A stretch of DNA of 64,000 nt from a virus. The notes beneath the pieces are model-generated. The model was not told the DNA's origin. It worked only from the letters and a program-made list of their open reading frames with translations, and did no database searches. Shown in pieces: positions 26,716 through 38,600 of the stretch. Made by a program: the position numbers and the translations under genes. Each line of letters begins with the position of its first letter. The stretch's first letter is position 1. Where the stretch lies: positions 1-64,000 of the IMG/VR virus record IMGVR_UViG_3300030098_005028, one strand, 5' to 3'.

Positions 26716-29700
26716 ATGGCCGCTGCTTTCAATCTTGTAGCACAACTTCAACTAAAAGGGCCTACGAATGTACGTCAGGTTGTCAGTCAACTGAATCGTC
26801 AGTTGAAGGGCATAAAGCTAAACGTACAAATATCTAAAGGCATACAGGGCCAGATGAAGAATCTGGTTCAAGATGCCAATAAGGTCAAGGGAGCTTTTGA
26901 TGCTATAGGAGCATCTGCTAATAAAGCTAGACAGCAAATGCAGCAGTTGGCGGGTTCTGCCAAGGCTGCCTCTACTGGTATTACAGGTGCAGCAGCAGGA
27001 GCAAATAAAGCTGGTAAAAATGTACAGAATTTGGGAAATCAGGCTAAGTTTGCAGGCAGTAAAATGTTTGAGCTTGGCCAAGACGCTGGTATTGCTGCCA
27101 GAAGATTTATAGCTTTCTCTGCTGTAGTAAGTGTTTTGTACAGGGTTACAGGGGCTATAGGAGACGCAACAAAAGAAGCGATAGATTTTGACAGAGAACT
27201 AGTCAGAATTGCTCAGGTCGCCGGAACAACAAAACGTGGCCTCAATGGTCTTGTTAGAGAAGTTCGTAGTCTTGCCTCTGGACTTGGTGTAGATTCAAGC
27301 GAACTTTTAAGCATGGGTCGTATTCTTAAACAAACTGGTTTAAGTATTAATGATACTACCAAAGCTATGAAAGCTTTAGGTAAAGCTTCTCTTGCTCCTA
27401 CTTTCAAAGACATGGAAAGCACTGCCGAAGGTGCTGTCGCTATGATGGCTCAGTGGGGTAATAGAATGGACTCCACGGCTATCAGCGTAGCGAACCTAGA
27501 GCAAAAGCTTGGTTCTATTAATGCTGTAGCTGGTAAGTTTGCTGTTGAAGCCCAAGATATCATGTTTGCCATCAGAAGAACTGGTGGTGTATTTGAAGCC
27601 GTTGGTGGTACTGTTGAAGAATTAATTGCTACCTTTACCTCTATTCGTGCTGCTACTCGTGAATCTGCTGAGACTATTGCCACTGGTTTAAGAACTATCT
27701 TTACCAGAATTCAAAGACCTGAAACGATTGACATGCTTAAAGAGCTTGGTATCAATCTAAGAGACATGCAAGGGAACTTTATTGGTGCCTATCCTGCTGT
27801 CCAACAACTTGGTATGGCAATGGAGGCTCTTAGAAAATCCCTTCCTGCCGGTACTGATCTCGAAAGAAGCGAACTATTTATAAAAATTGCTGAACAACTT
27901 GGTGGCTATAGGCAGATCGGTAAAGTTCTTCCTATGTTATCTAGATATAAAGATGCACAAAAAGCACTTAGCGTTGCTCAGGCTGGAACCAACAGCATTG
28001 CAAGAGACACAGAGAAAGCTCAACAGGCTCTTGCTATTCAATTCAAGAAGACTCAGGAGTCATTTAAGGAAATGATTCATGAGTTTACTCAAACAGATAC
28101 ATTCAAAGAGTTGGTTCAAGTAGGGCTTCAGTTAGCAAATGTATTCATTGGTGTAGCTAAAGCCTTAAAAGATGTTCTGCCGCTTATTATGATGATTGGC
28201 AGTGTCAAACTTGCTAGGGCTATCCTTCCATCAACAAAAGGTTTCATGCAAGGTCTTGGTTCAGGAGGTCTTGGTGGAAAGACCATGAGAGGTCTGAACA
28301 GTGGTGGGGTTGTAGGAGGAACAGGAAATTTTGATACTGTTCCCGCTATGCTTACTCCCGGTGAATTTGTAGTCAGGAAGAAAGCTGCTCAGGCGATTGG
28401 TTATGGTTCTCTTGCTAATATGAACAGGGTTGGTGGTTACAACTCTGGTGGTAAAGTTACTAGCGGAAGAAGAAACTATGGCGTTAAATTCATGCACGGT
28501 AAGCCAAGTCTAACCGGTGGCCATAAATCTCATTACACTAAATTAATAAACCAAGGGAACCCTGTTGCTGCACAACAGTATATGAATAAGACAATAGGTC
28601 AGCATCGACTAGCAGGAAGGGCTGCTAGGGGGCCTAATAGAATGGCGAGAGGTGTGAAGCCAATGTTCAACACACCTGCCCAAAGATACAAATTGAACTT
28701 GGCTACGCAACAAGCTTATGCGAGTCATCCTTTTGGCCCAACGGGTGGGTCTAGTCGTATGAGTATGAGCGGCGCGGGATTATCACGTTTCGGTGGAGGC
28801 TCTGCTGCCATGACGGGATATGGTGCCTTCGGTAGAGGGCCTGCGCCACGACAAAGATTTAGCCGTATGCGTGGCATAGGGAGAGGTATCAGAACAGGTG
28901 CCAGAGGCGCATTCAGACCGGCAGGCGGCGGCATCGGTGCGATGGGCGGCATGGGGTTGATGTATGGCGGCCAAATACTTGGAGATGCAGTTGGGGGCAA
29001 TGAAGGAGCGGCTATTGCTGGTATGGGTAATTTTGCCGGTATGGGTGCCATGATGGGTATGGGCAGTGCCGCATTATTACCATTAGCCGCTGTCGGAGCG
29101 GCAAAAGGATGGCGCGATAGTTATGAACAAGGATTGATGACGGACGCACAAACTCGATTTACTCGGTCGGAAGAGGCATTCGCAAGAGGTGATCTAGCTG
29201 GTGGCTTTAGAGGTGGTCTTGGCGCACAATCGGCTTATGGTACAGCTTTACAGGAACAAAAAGGTATCACAGCAGTATCTGCCAATATTATGGGAGGAGG
29301 CAACCGTGGTACTGGACGAATCATGGGAGACCTGATGGAGCAAGAAGGCTATTTGGGTAGCGTCTATGCAGGCATATTTGATCGAGATAAGGTTGATGCC
29401 GCAGCCTCAGCGGGTCAGATAAGAAGAAGAGAAGAATTAATGGCATCTGCTGCTCCAATGGCGCAGAGAGGTCAGGAGTATATTGCAGAACAACTTCGTC
29501 AAGGAAAATCATTAAGTCAGATTAAAGGCACAGCAGAGGGTCAACAAGCCCTACAAGCTATGGGTGCCGGTTCTCAGATGGCTGCCGATATACAGGCAAG
29601 TTCTTTTGAAGATGAGGACAGAAAGAAGAGGATGGTCGATCAGGCTCGACAAACTGAAGGGGAAATTCAGGCTAGAAAGATACAAGAACAAATAGCCGCA

Positions 29701-32691
29701 GATAGGAAGAGACAAGCAGAAATGGAACTGGCAATGCAACGAGAGTTGCAAAGACAGTATAAGCTTGCACAAGAAGAAATGAGAAAAACGGCTGAGGCGA
29801 TAGCTAAAGTCAATGAGGCCAACTCTCGTTATCAGCAACATCTAGAGGGAATTCAAGGAGCTACCCTAGACTCTTCCGCTGCTACTGACCGAAGAATAGA
29901 AGCATTGAACAGAAGAGTCGCTGCCGCTTCTGGAGAGAGATATGTCGGATCATACAGTATTCAAGGCGGTCAACAATTAGGAAGGTCTTCTGGTCAGATA
30001 ACTAATATGGCAGCCTACAATCAGGCTGTGAACACTGCGACTTCTAGAATGGGGCCAAGAGGCCAGCAGATAGCTAGGGATACGAGGGCTACCGCAGCAG
30101 TAGCTGTGCGTTCTCCGGCAGCACTTAGCTCTATAGGGGCTGGCATACGAGCAGACGCACGAGGTGCAGGCGGTATGGATACCGCTGGTAAAAATGCAGT
30201 AGCCAAGTTCTCAAGGTTCATATCTGGTCTACCTAGCGCGCTACAAACGAAACTCAGAACCAATCTAAATGCTATGGCTCAGAGTCTCATGAAAAGCAAT
30301 GACTTAGTCAATACTGAATATGAAGCTTTTGCGATAATGTTCCAGTCTAATAGCACTGAAATTAACGACATGATTCAGGAGGGTTTTGAGGAATACAATG
30401 GCGTAATTAGTCAGGCCGCTAGTGATCTTGAACGTGAGAAAAATGCTGAGTTGCAAGCAAGAGAAGCGATTAGAAAAATAATCGCAGGTCAACTCCAAGA
30501 CAGAAGAAAAGAGCAAGATGACTACACTAAAGAAAGAAAAGAGTTAGCTCGTGCCAGATTGGGTGCTTCTGGAGCAGCACCTGTAGGAATTAGTCAAGAG
30601 CTTAGATTTGAACGAAGTGCATTTGGCTTTGGTCAACGTAAAAAAGCAGCAGGTGGTTTATATGGGCCAACTCTAGGAAACGTAGGTACGTCTCCAACGG
30701 CACGGAGATTACGGGCAGCAGGTAAAAACCCGCAACAAGCAGCGTTTATGATTGCTGGCGATGCAATGGCTGCTGTAAGAGAAAAGGCTGAGTTGTTAGG
30801 AGCAGGTTTTGCAGCTAATTCTGTTGAAGTAGAAGCCTTAAACGATGTTATTAAAGACCATCTTGATCAGAAGAAAAAAGAGGTCGATTTAATAAAAGAA
30901 GCCGCCAAGCAAAGGCAAGAAGAAGTAAGGCAGGGAGAGAGACAGGTATACCAAGCATTTGAAGGAATGGCATTCTCTCAAAACCCAACCATGCAATACA
31001 GGCAGATGAGAATGGCTGGCATGGCTACTAACATGGCTGCTCAAGCAGGCGGTAATGTTGGTCAACTAAATCCACAGGCACGTCAGGCTGTAGACCAGTT
31101 TACCAAAATGTTCAGTGCTGTCAGGCTCAAGGCATTTGGGAAAGTTACAGGTGAAGATGTAAGGAGAGGGATTGCTAAAGAAGAAGATGTTGGAAGATTT
31201 AGGACTGGTTCTGAACTTAGAAAGTTAATTTCGTTTAACTTTATGAAAAAGGCCGGTTTGGGTGAGCAACAGGCAATGAGGGCTGTTAAACAGCAGGGAC
31301 AATTAGACCCAGCAGATAAAATATTCCTAGAAAGATGGGATCAAGCATTACAAGAACAAAGAGCCTTACAAAAAGCAGAACAGGCAGCAACCGCACAGCA
31401 GGCCGCAGCACAATTCCAAAACATAAGACTCACTAGACAAAACCTGATTCAGCAAGCAGCAATACTAAAAGCACAGCAACAGGCAATGCAGGCCCAAGGA
31501 AATGCCAAAGGAGGTCTGATCAGAGCAAGGAAGTTTGCTAATGGAAACCTTGTTGACTTTAGTCCACAGGGTACAGATACTGTTCCAGCCGTATTAACTC
31601 CCGGTGAGTTTGTCATACAGAAGAGTGCTGTTGACAAGTATGGTTCAGATATGATGGGGGCAATTAATGCAGGAGCTTTCGCTAATGGAGGGATTGTACC
31701 ACACCAACAATTACAAGCCCAAGGCCAAGGCCTAGAGTGGAAGACAGATGGGCCGGGTTTTAAGTGGGCTGGATTGCAAAAGAGTGTTGCCAAAGGCAAA
31801 GCTAGTATCGAGCATGGAGCGATACCTCAAGAAAAGGGAAGTTATTCTGGAAGATTCGGCAGGATGAGTGGTCATGGTGCTTTCGTATCAGCAGGAAACA
31901 TAGGCGACGGAATATTTAACTCGTGGAGATTTCTCTATAAAAGACCGCACAAAAAAGCCGCTGCTGAATGGAAGTTTTTTGGGCCTTCTACATTCGCGGC
32001 TCAAAATACAGAGCCTATTGGGTCTGTAAGGGTTCTGGAAAGGGATCATGCAGCACAAGCAGGGTTTTTAGAAGGAAAAATGGGTTGGGTAGGAGACATC
32101 TTGAGCCTCGGCTCCTTGGGAGTGAATCAAGGTGGAAAAACAGCAAATTTCCCTCCAAAGATGTGGAAAAAGTCAAATAATATAGTTATGAAATTTATGA
32201 GACTCAATCCCAATGCTGTAGTTCCTGATAACGATAGAGACAAAATTATATCTGGTCGGTCAGCAGCTATGCCATTTAGAAGAGGCGGCATGGCTAGAAA
32301 ATTCCAAAATGGAGGCTCTGTTGGATCGCAATCAGGTGGCCTTGGCGATATTGCTACGGCTTTAGGAGGAGCAGTCAACAGTCTTGGAGGATCGGTTGGG
32401 CCATTCGCTCAGGCAGCAATAATGCTTGGTGCTTCTCTTAATAGGTTCGCAAATGCAAAACCTGTAATGAAGATACAAGCTGCACCAATTGATGTAAGAG
32501 TAGGTTTAGACAGCGGGTTTGCAACTCTTGGAGAAAGTATTTCAACTACAATCCAAGGCGCAATACATGACTACATTTGGCAAGAAATAAATACGGCAGT
32601 TGAACAGTTCAGAGGCCAATTAAACCAAGGGGAAATTCCAAATCAAGCCGGAGGCCCCGGTGGAATTTTAGTACCCGGAAGAAGAAGATAA
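26716..32691 (+). CDS. Tail tape measure protein (TP901-type core)
   Basis: 1991 aa, Ala/Gly/Gln-rich; RESAETIATGLRTIFTRI core; two DTVPA.LTPGEFV motifs. Confidence 0.92.
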   Translation: MAAAFNLVAQLQLKGPTNVRQVVSQLNRQLKGIKLNVQISKGIQGQMKNLVQDANKVKGAFDAIGASANKARQQMQQLAGSAKAASTGITGAAAGANKAGKNVQNLGNQAKFAGSKMFELGQDAGIAARRFIAFSAVVSVLYRVTGAIGDATKEAIDFDRELVRIAQVAGTTKRGLNGLVREVRSLASGLGVDSSELLSMGRILKQTGLSINDTTKAMKALGKASLAPTFKDMESTAEGAVAMMAQWGNRMDSTAISVANLEQKLGSINAVAGKFAVEAQDIMFAIRRTGGVFEAVGGTVEELIATFTSIRAATRESAETIATGLRTIFTRIQRPETIDMLKELGINLRDMQGNFIGAYPAVQQLGMAMEALRKSLPAGTDLERSELFIKIAEQLGGYRQIGKVLPMLSRYKDAQKALSVAQAGTNSIARDTEKAQQALAIQFKKTQESFKEMIHEFTQTDTFKELVQVGLQLANVFIGVAKALKDVLPLIMMIGSVKLARAILPSTKGFMQGLGSGGLGGKTMRGLNSGGVVGGTGNFDTVPAMLTPGEFVVRKKAAQAIGYGSLANMNRVGGYNSGGKVTSGRRNYGVKFMHGKPSLTGGHKSHYTKLINQGNPVAAQQYMNKTIGQHRLAGRAARGPNRMARGVKPMFNTPAQRYKLNLATQQAYASHPFGPTGGSSRMSMSGAGLSRFGGGSAAMTGYGAFGRGPAPRQRFSRMRGIGRGIRTGARGAFRPAGGGIGAMGGMGLMYGGQILGDAVGGNEGAAIAGMGNFAGMGAMMGMGSAALLPLAAVGAAKGWRDSYEQGLMTDAQTRFTRSEEAFARGDLAGGFRGGLGAQSAYGTALQEQKGITAVSANIMGGGNRGTGRIMGDLMEQEGYLGSVYAGIFDRDKVDAAASAGQIRRREELMASAAPMAQRGQEYIAEQLRQGKSLSQIKGTAEGQQALQAMGAGSQMAADIQASSFEDEDRKKRMVDQARQTEGEIQARKIQEQIAADRKRQAEMELAMQRELQRQYKLAQEEMRKTAEAIAKVNEANSRYQQHLEGIQGATLDSSAATDRRIEALNRRVAAASGERYVGSYSIQGGQQLGRSSGQITNMAAYNQAVNTATSRMGPRGQQIARDTRATAAVAVRSPAALSSIGAGIRADARGAGGMDTAGKNAVAKFSRFISGLPSALQTKLRTNLNAMAQSLMKSNDLVNTEYEAFAIMFQSNSTEINDMIQEGFEEYNGVISQAASDLEREKNAELQAREAIRKIIAGQLQDRRKEQDDYTKERKELARARLGASGAAPVGISQELRFERSAFGFGQRKKAAGGLYGPTLGNVGTSPTARRLRAAGKNPQQAAFMIAGDAMAAVREKAELLGAGFAANSVEVEALNDVIKDHLDQKKKEVDLIKEAAKQRQEEVRQGERQVYQAFEGMAFSQNPTMQYRQMRMAGMATNMAAQAGGNVGQLNPQARQAVDQFTKMFSAVRLKAFGKVTGEDVRRGIAKEEDVGRFRTGSELRKLISFNFMKKAGLGEQQAMRAVKQQGQLDPADKIFLERWDQALQEQRALQKAEQAATAQQAAAQFQNIRLTRQNLIQQAAILKAQQQAMQAQGNAKGGLIRARKFANGNLVDFSPQGTDTVPAVLTPGEFVIQKSAVDKYGSDMMGAINAGAFANGGIVPHQQLQAQGQGLEWKTDGPGFKWAGLQKSVAKGKASIEHGAIPQEKGSYSGRFGRMSGHGAFVSAGNIGDGIFNSWRFLYKRPHKKAAAEWKFFGPSTFAAQNTEPIGSVRVLERDHAAQAGFLEGKMGWVGDILSLGSLGVNQGGKTANFPPKMWKKSNNIVMKFMRLNPNAVVPDNDRDKIISGRSAAMPFRRGGMARKFQNGGSVGSQSGGLGDIATALGGAVNSLGGSVGPFAQAAIMLGASLNRFANAKPVMKIQAAPIDVRVGLDSGFATLGESISTTIQGAIHDYIWQEINTAVEQFRGQLNQGEIPNQAGGPGGILVPGRRR

Positions 32692-32700
32692 GTATAAGAG

Positions 32701-33393
32701 ATGGCTTTTATATCAGGGGTATTCCCCTTACATATTGGTGTAAATCCTAACACTATAGGTGTTAATCTCAATATACCTGACGTTAGTCCGTCTAGGGAGC
32801 ATACGTTATATATACGGGCTGGAAATCCAAGTTTTGGAACTTTGCCTTTAAATCTTCTTTCTGCTGCTAATACTGGAGTAGCAGGTTTTGCGGATCTTAA
32901 TACCGCTGGATTCAATACGCCTAGTGGAACATTAACACTTTATGTCTCTGCTCCTCTTTTGAGTGGAGTTGCTAATAATATTGCGCTATTTGCAAAGGCA
33001 ATACCTGCGACTGGCTATGGCGTACATTCAATTCCTCTTTATCTCCAGCAGAATATGTTCTCTGGAGTTAATTTATATACTAAAGGAGGATGGGATAGGG
33101 CAATAGGAGTCGCTATCACCGATAGAAGTTTTTATAAACCTGTAGAAGGAACTAGAATATTACATATCGAAAGAATACCAGCGCATAATTCAACAATAGA
33201 TTTGCATATTTCTGGCACTGGTTCTGCTGGTTCTATGGACTTAGCTCTTATTAATAATGAGAAATATCTGGCTCTTAATATGTCAGACATATCTCCAAGA
33301 CAGACTACTAACTTATATGTAAGTGGTGGATGGAATGGACAACCAAATGTTCCTAATATGAGCGGCTCATTGAACATGTACATTGACATTTAA
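32701..33393 (+). CDS. Minor tail protein, beta-rich with L-x-L-Y and Ser-Gly repeats
   Basis: After TMP; repeated TLYI/LTLYV/PLYL/NLYT/NLYV. Confidence 0.55.
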   Translation: MAFISGVFPLHIGVNPNTIGVNLNIPDVSPSREHTLYIRAGNPSFGTLPLNLLSAANTGVAGFADLNTAGFNTPSGTLTLYVSAPLLSGVANNIALFAKAIPATGYGVHSIPLYLQQNMFSGVNLYTKGGWDRAIGVAITDRSFYKPVEGTRILHIERIPAHNSTIDLHISGTGSAGSMDLALINNEKYLALNMSDISPRQTTNLYVSGGWNGQPNVPNMSGSLNMYIDI

Positions 33394-33404
33394 AGGTAAA
33401 TAAT

Positions 33405-35648
33405 ATGCCTATTATATATAGATCAAAGAAAATTATACCTGCTCCATTAGTTGGTATTGGTGTGCAACACTTCAAGCCACAGGGTGTTGGTAGTAAGGGA
33501 TATGACAATCAAGGAGGAATCTTTAATACAAATTTTGTAGATAACCTTGGTGCTACATATACCATTACTCTTCAAGGAACACTTGTAGCAGATATGGGTT
33601 CTCCTAAGTCTTACTTTGAAGACGATGATGATGCTGCTACTCCTTTGCTGGACAAAGCTAATACAACAATAAATCCCAGCACGGAACAAGAATATATAGA
33701 TGCCCTATTTACTGATCGAGCAGAGGCAGCCGATCCTCAGTCTGAAGACCTGACTACTATATCAGGAAGAGACACGATAGACCCGATGTTTCAGTCTATT
33801 CTGCAAAAACAAGAGGCTATCAGGAAACTCTTTGGCGAAGACGGTCATCTTTTTGAGATAAGAACTTATGATGGAGTAAGACCTTTCAAATGTTATCCGC
33901 AAGTAGCAGGTATTGAGTTTTCAGATCCAACACCCGGAGACAACTGGGTTCAAATATGTAGATATACCATTACATTGGTAACAGACAAGATTATAGGTCT
34001 TACTAATGTCACTGAAGATGGTACTGATGATAGTCTTGTAGATGCAGATGGACAAAGAATTCATCTTGAAGCTGCTCAAGAAAACTGGAGTCTTGAACTA
34101 GGCGATGATTATGGCGTAACAGACGAAATTCAGGCTCAGTACTACACTGCTGAAGGCATAACCAGAGATAAAACACAAAATGACCATCGTATGGGCCTTA
34201 AAGTATATACCTTAACTCACACTTTAAGCGCGACAGGTAAAAAGGTATTTACAGATGATGAAAACAAATCTGGTCAACTGGCAGCCCCCGGAGAAAACAA
34301 ACTTCTTCCAAACAGTGCAGGTGCAGGAGCATATAGAAATGTATTCAAGCCAGTTACTGCTGGTCACGCATGGGAACAGGCTCGTCAGTGGGTTCAATCA
34401 AAATTAGTAGATAATGTTGAAGAATTATTAGATGACAACTCTTTCCTGTCCCAATTTAGACAAAGTATGTCTCATAGGCCGGGTGTTTTCACTGATCTGT
34501 TAGGAGCCAATTTTGATTACAATGCTTACGATCATGCGAGAACAGAAGAAAAGGATGAATTTGCAGGTACTTATGCCATAACTGAAACTTGGGTTATAGC
34601 ACTTCATGATTACACTGAAAGTTTTTCAATAGATGTATCAGAATCTGTAGATGATCCAATAAAGAAGGTAAGTATAAAGGGAAGTATCAGAGGTCTTGAT
34701 ACTCATGACAGAGGATGGAGTCATGATGTAAGACTACAAAAAACTGGGACAAAAGCAGGCTATCCCGATGAACAGCAAACTGGTTTTGGGCAGAGTTTTG
34801 GTTCTGACTGGGCTAGTCGTTCTTCCGGTCTTATGTCTCAAGCATTCTTAAAATCAAAATGGACTGCTGCTAGTGGTAGATTTGAGGAACTAAAGTATCT
34901 TGAAGGAAGTAGTCTTAATGCTATCTACCAAAGAGTAAAGCTGTATTCAAGAGTAAATGCATTAACTCCTCAAGTAAAATCTAAAACTTTTACAATAGAT
35001 CCTCCAAATGGCACAATTGAGTATACTTATAATTTTGATACTAAACCCGGCCCATGTTTATCGGGTGCTTTGAGAGACAACATAAGTTTTTCTTGGACTC
35101 ATCCAAAAGATCAATATGCCTCTATTCCTGTCATAGGAAGAAGAATAGGGCCTGTTTTACAGAATATAAATACTAAAGCAGACGCTAGTAAAGTTGCAGT
35201 AAATATTGAAGCAATTTTGCCGATTGCTACTGGTCAATGTATGGCTGGAAATTGTGAAAGTAACGGTTGGCCAAATTTCAGAAATCTCTTTGCTATTCCT
35301 ACCTTTAATACTGGCCCCGGAGCAGATACTAATTTGAATAAATCGGGAGATGGTCAGTGCAGAGGTGTTTCGAGAGATGCAGATAACATAGTAAATCAAC
35401 TAAGGGCTTTTCTAGTTAAGAATCAGGGAAATACTGTTTTCTTAGAGTCTGACAGTGAGGCTTGGGAACCATTCACAGGAAAGTTCTCCAGAAACGTAAC
35501 ATTTGTTTATCAAAGATGTGGAGCAGTTCCTGCTTCGGCAAGAAATACTCCAGATGGTGGAGGAAGAGACTGGGCAGGCGGTTCATACGATTGTTTTGAT
35601 AAAGACGATGACTGTGCAAATGTAGACGATTGTGCTTGTGAAGACTAG
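33405..35648 (+). CDS. Tail protein (distal tail/hub-like)
   Basis: Gene position, beta-rich, Cys/Asp-rich C-terminus, TAG-TGA-TAA triple stop. Confidence 0.55.
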   Translation: MPIIYRSKKIIPAPLVGIGVQHFKPQGVGSKGYDNQGGIFNTNFVDNLGATYTITLQGTLVADMGSPKSYFEDDDDAATPLLDKANTTINPSTEQEYIDALFTDRAEAADPQSEDLTTISGRDTIDPMFQSILQKQEAIRKLFGEDGHLFEIRTYDGVRPFKCYPQVAGIEFSDPTPGDNWVQICRYTITLVTDKIIGLTNVTEDGTDDSLVDADGQRIHLEAAQENWSLELGDDYGVTDEIQAQYYTAEGITRDKTQNDHRMGLKVYTLTHTLSATGKKVFTDDENKSGQLAAPGENKLLPNSAGAGAYRNVFKPVTAGHAWEQARQWVQSKLVDNVEELLDDNSFLSQFRQSMSHRPGVFTDLLGANFDYNAYDHARTEEKDEFAGTYAITETWVIALHDYTESFSIDVSESVDDPIKKVSIKGSIRGLDTHDRGWSHDVRLQKTGTKAGYPDEQQTGFGQSFGSDWASRSSGLMSQAFLKSKWTAASGRFEELKYLEGSSLNAIYQRVKLYSRVNALTPQVKSKTFTIDPPNGTIEYTYNFDTKPGPCLSGALRDNISFSWTHPKDQYASIPVIGRRIGPVLQNINTKADASKVAVNIEAILPIATGQCMAGNCESNGWPNFRNLFAIPTFNTGPGADTNLNKSGDGQCRGVSRDADNIVNQLRAFLVKNQGNTVFLESDSEAWEPFTGKFSRNVTFVYQRCGAVPASARNTPDGGGRDWAGGSYDCFDKDDDCANVDDCACED

Positions 35649-35676
35649 TGATAAGAGAGACTGAAAAGGATTAAAA

Positions 35677-38600
35677 ATGGGATTAAGACCTATACATCCG
35701 AGAGATGCTTTAGATGGAAGAGTAGACAGAGGCTGGATAGTCGATGGTGCTTGGAATCCTTTAGGCAGAGAAATAGACTCTAAAGTAGAGACACAAGGCG
35801 AGCAAGTGTCTGGCGTGACCATTGATACAGCAGGCACTGGCTATGCAATTGGTGACGTTGTAGATTTTAGCTCTTCTGGTACTACACGTTCTGCAAGTGC
35901 ATTTGTAAGCGATGTGGGAGAAAACGGAGAGATAACAGAAATCACAATAACTGATAAGGGTAGTTACAGTAAGGCCCCAACTGCAAGCGTCACAGGCTCC
36001 AGTGGAGAAGGAGGCACATTATCTGTAGATACTGAAAGATTAGCATTAGATACCAAGAAATCATTCTATAGTGCTGGACTTGTACGCCAAGAGCCTGTTT
36101 CCCAACCTCAAAACAGATCTAACTTTGATTATTGTGAACAAGCTGATGAAACAGCCGAGCATACTTTATTCTTGGGTGCTAGTATTTCTCAGTTCAGTTC
36201 TTCTGCTGGGTGGAACTCCTCTGTCAGTACACTAAATGTAACTCTTGTTGAAGACGATTGTTGTGTCTCTCCTATAGTAGATTCTGTTACTGGCGCGCCA
36301 ATTAGAGTAACTACTGCTTCTGGGGCAATAAATGTAGACTTAAATACCTTGAGTCTTGTTAGTTCTACATTTAGAGCGGAAGAAAAAACTGATGATGGTA
36401 ACAGGGTTACTGTGACTGACTCTGGTGGTGTCACCGTAACTGGTTATGTCGTAGATGGTCAACTATATCCAACAGTAAAAGTTTATTACAACAATATACA
36501 AGAGAAGATGCATTGGGTTGGAAAAGATAGGTTCAACCCTCCTCCTATTGGTAATCCAGTACACTTTAGATATCAAGATTTCATATTTAATGGAATCATA
36601 AAGAACTGGAGTCAAGAGAGAACAACAAGCGGCACAACTTATAAAGTAAAGATAGAAGACCCAAGAGAAGTCTTAAAAGGATGCCAGCTTATCTTAGATA
36701 ACTATGATGGCGGGGTGAAAGACTGTCCCAATCTAGTGAATCCTTATGGATTGTTAGAACATCATGGTGGACAGTGCATCGACCATGAACTATTTGGTCA
36801 AGTTTGTTTTCCGGGAATGTATTGTCCTAGTGGGGAATTTGAAGGAGATATAGATTGCGGAGTAGATTATGCAGGAAGAACAGAGAATACTGGGTTTGGC
36901 GGTTCCGGTATTAATTCAGGAGGAGTCACATTTTTCTATCTTTGGCTTGCGATAGACTATCTTTGTAATAATCCTTTGGAAACTAACTACTTTCCTCAGT
37001 TTGGAGGGCCTCCTGTTCTTAGGGAAGACCCGGACGGTAAGCCAATTGAATACTTAGTGGATTTGCTGGCTTTGACTGAGACTGAACTTTTCCAAGATTA
37101 TTATAGAGTGGGTGGAGACACTAGAAGCTTAGACGATCTTATTAACAGGGTATGTAATGATGCAGCTTTGCAATATCTTGTGACTATGAGGTTTGTAGAT
37201 TACTTTGAAGTAGATCCTGAAGACGATGGGAAAATATGGGGATGGCCAGATAAAAATTTATTCCCTCAAATTCAAGTCTGGACTTATGACATATTCACTC
37301 AGCCATCCGCTCCTATAAAGGTTGACGTATATGATCAGATAACTCATCCTCCAAAAGGATGTGCTGACGAAGACCTAGATCAAATAAAAACTATTGATGA
37401 TAGATTGGCCGAAGGAGATATAGCTACAATACTTGGCCCTGATCCTGAAGTAGAGTCTTTGAGTCGTGGCTTGGAGTTAAGGAATGAACCTTGTAATTAT
37501 TTTTTAGTTGGGGACAACTTCAATCCTGTCATACAATCTCCTCAGTATAGAACAGTTCCTTATTGGGGAAGCTTTGACCAGACCATATATGTAGACGGTG
37601 CGCCAAAACAAACAAGAATGACTGCCGCTCCTTATTTTTCTATGCAAGGTGGAGCAGGCTCTGTATATTGGCCCACCATAGGTGATTTAAGTATTTTTGA
37701 CGGGGTGATGCTTCCAGCAGATTCTTGGGGCATTCCCGGATTAAGTATGTGGTTTGCTACTGTTGGTGAAATTAGATCAGCTATGGCTGGATTTACTCAG
37801 TGGCAAACATGGCAATATTGGATTGGAGATGAAGCTAGACAGAAATCTATTTGTGGTTTCAATATGCCGATTGGTTATAGAAATGCTGCTCAGGTAGAAG
37901 CATGGAGGGTCGGATTCTTCCATCAATTTCCTTGGGGGCCATTTGGTCTATCTAGAGCAATGCATTCTATTAACACAGGAAGCGCCGTTATGTCGGCTGT
38001 TGGTGGTTATCTCGCAGACATACGTGCCAATCCGCAATACGCACAGATGGTATTTGAGCAAATACAAAACTTAGGAAATGAAAATTATGGTAAAAAATGG
38101 CTCATTCGTCTTCCTGACATGTGTCTTACAGGAGAGCCAGAGACTCTTCATGTAAGAATGAATTGGGAGGTCATGAGTACGGGCTGGCAAGACGACATGT
38201 GTATTGGTCTTTCTGAACCAGAACTCATGTTTTTTAGAGACGAGCAGAACAAGCTTGAATCATTTGCTAGATTTAGCGAGATGCAAGCCATGCCAGATGG
38301 TTTTCCTGTAGGCTCTAGACGTGTTTTCAATCATGATTTTCAGCCGGGAGATTATCTGTATGATAGTCTCACTCAACAACTTTGGTGTAGAGGAAGGGTT
38401 GATGCTGAACCAATCTATAATATGGAGCTTGGTCTTTGGTACGCATTATTTGAACTAGATTCAAGTGTTAGAAATGTCAGTATGGGGGTTTATTCCTTCT
38501 TAGACCATGTCTTCTTGAATCAAGCTATGTATCTTGGTAATCTTGATGCAACAGCAAAGCATCTTAGCTTTGCAATGCCTAATCCAGCTATCAAGCCTTT

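Noticed and set aside
26173-27592. Intragenic TGGTGTAT copies (26173 and about 27585)
   Set aside because: Inside CDSs, far from start codons, explained by V-V-Y and G-V-F codons
35646-35654. TAG-TGA-TAA triple stop as a read-through signal
   Set aside because: Nothing supports recoding; tandem stops argue for firm termination
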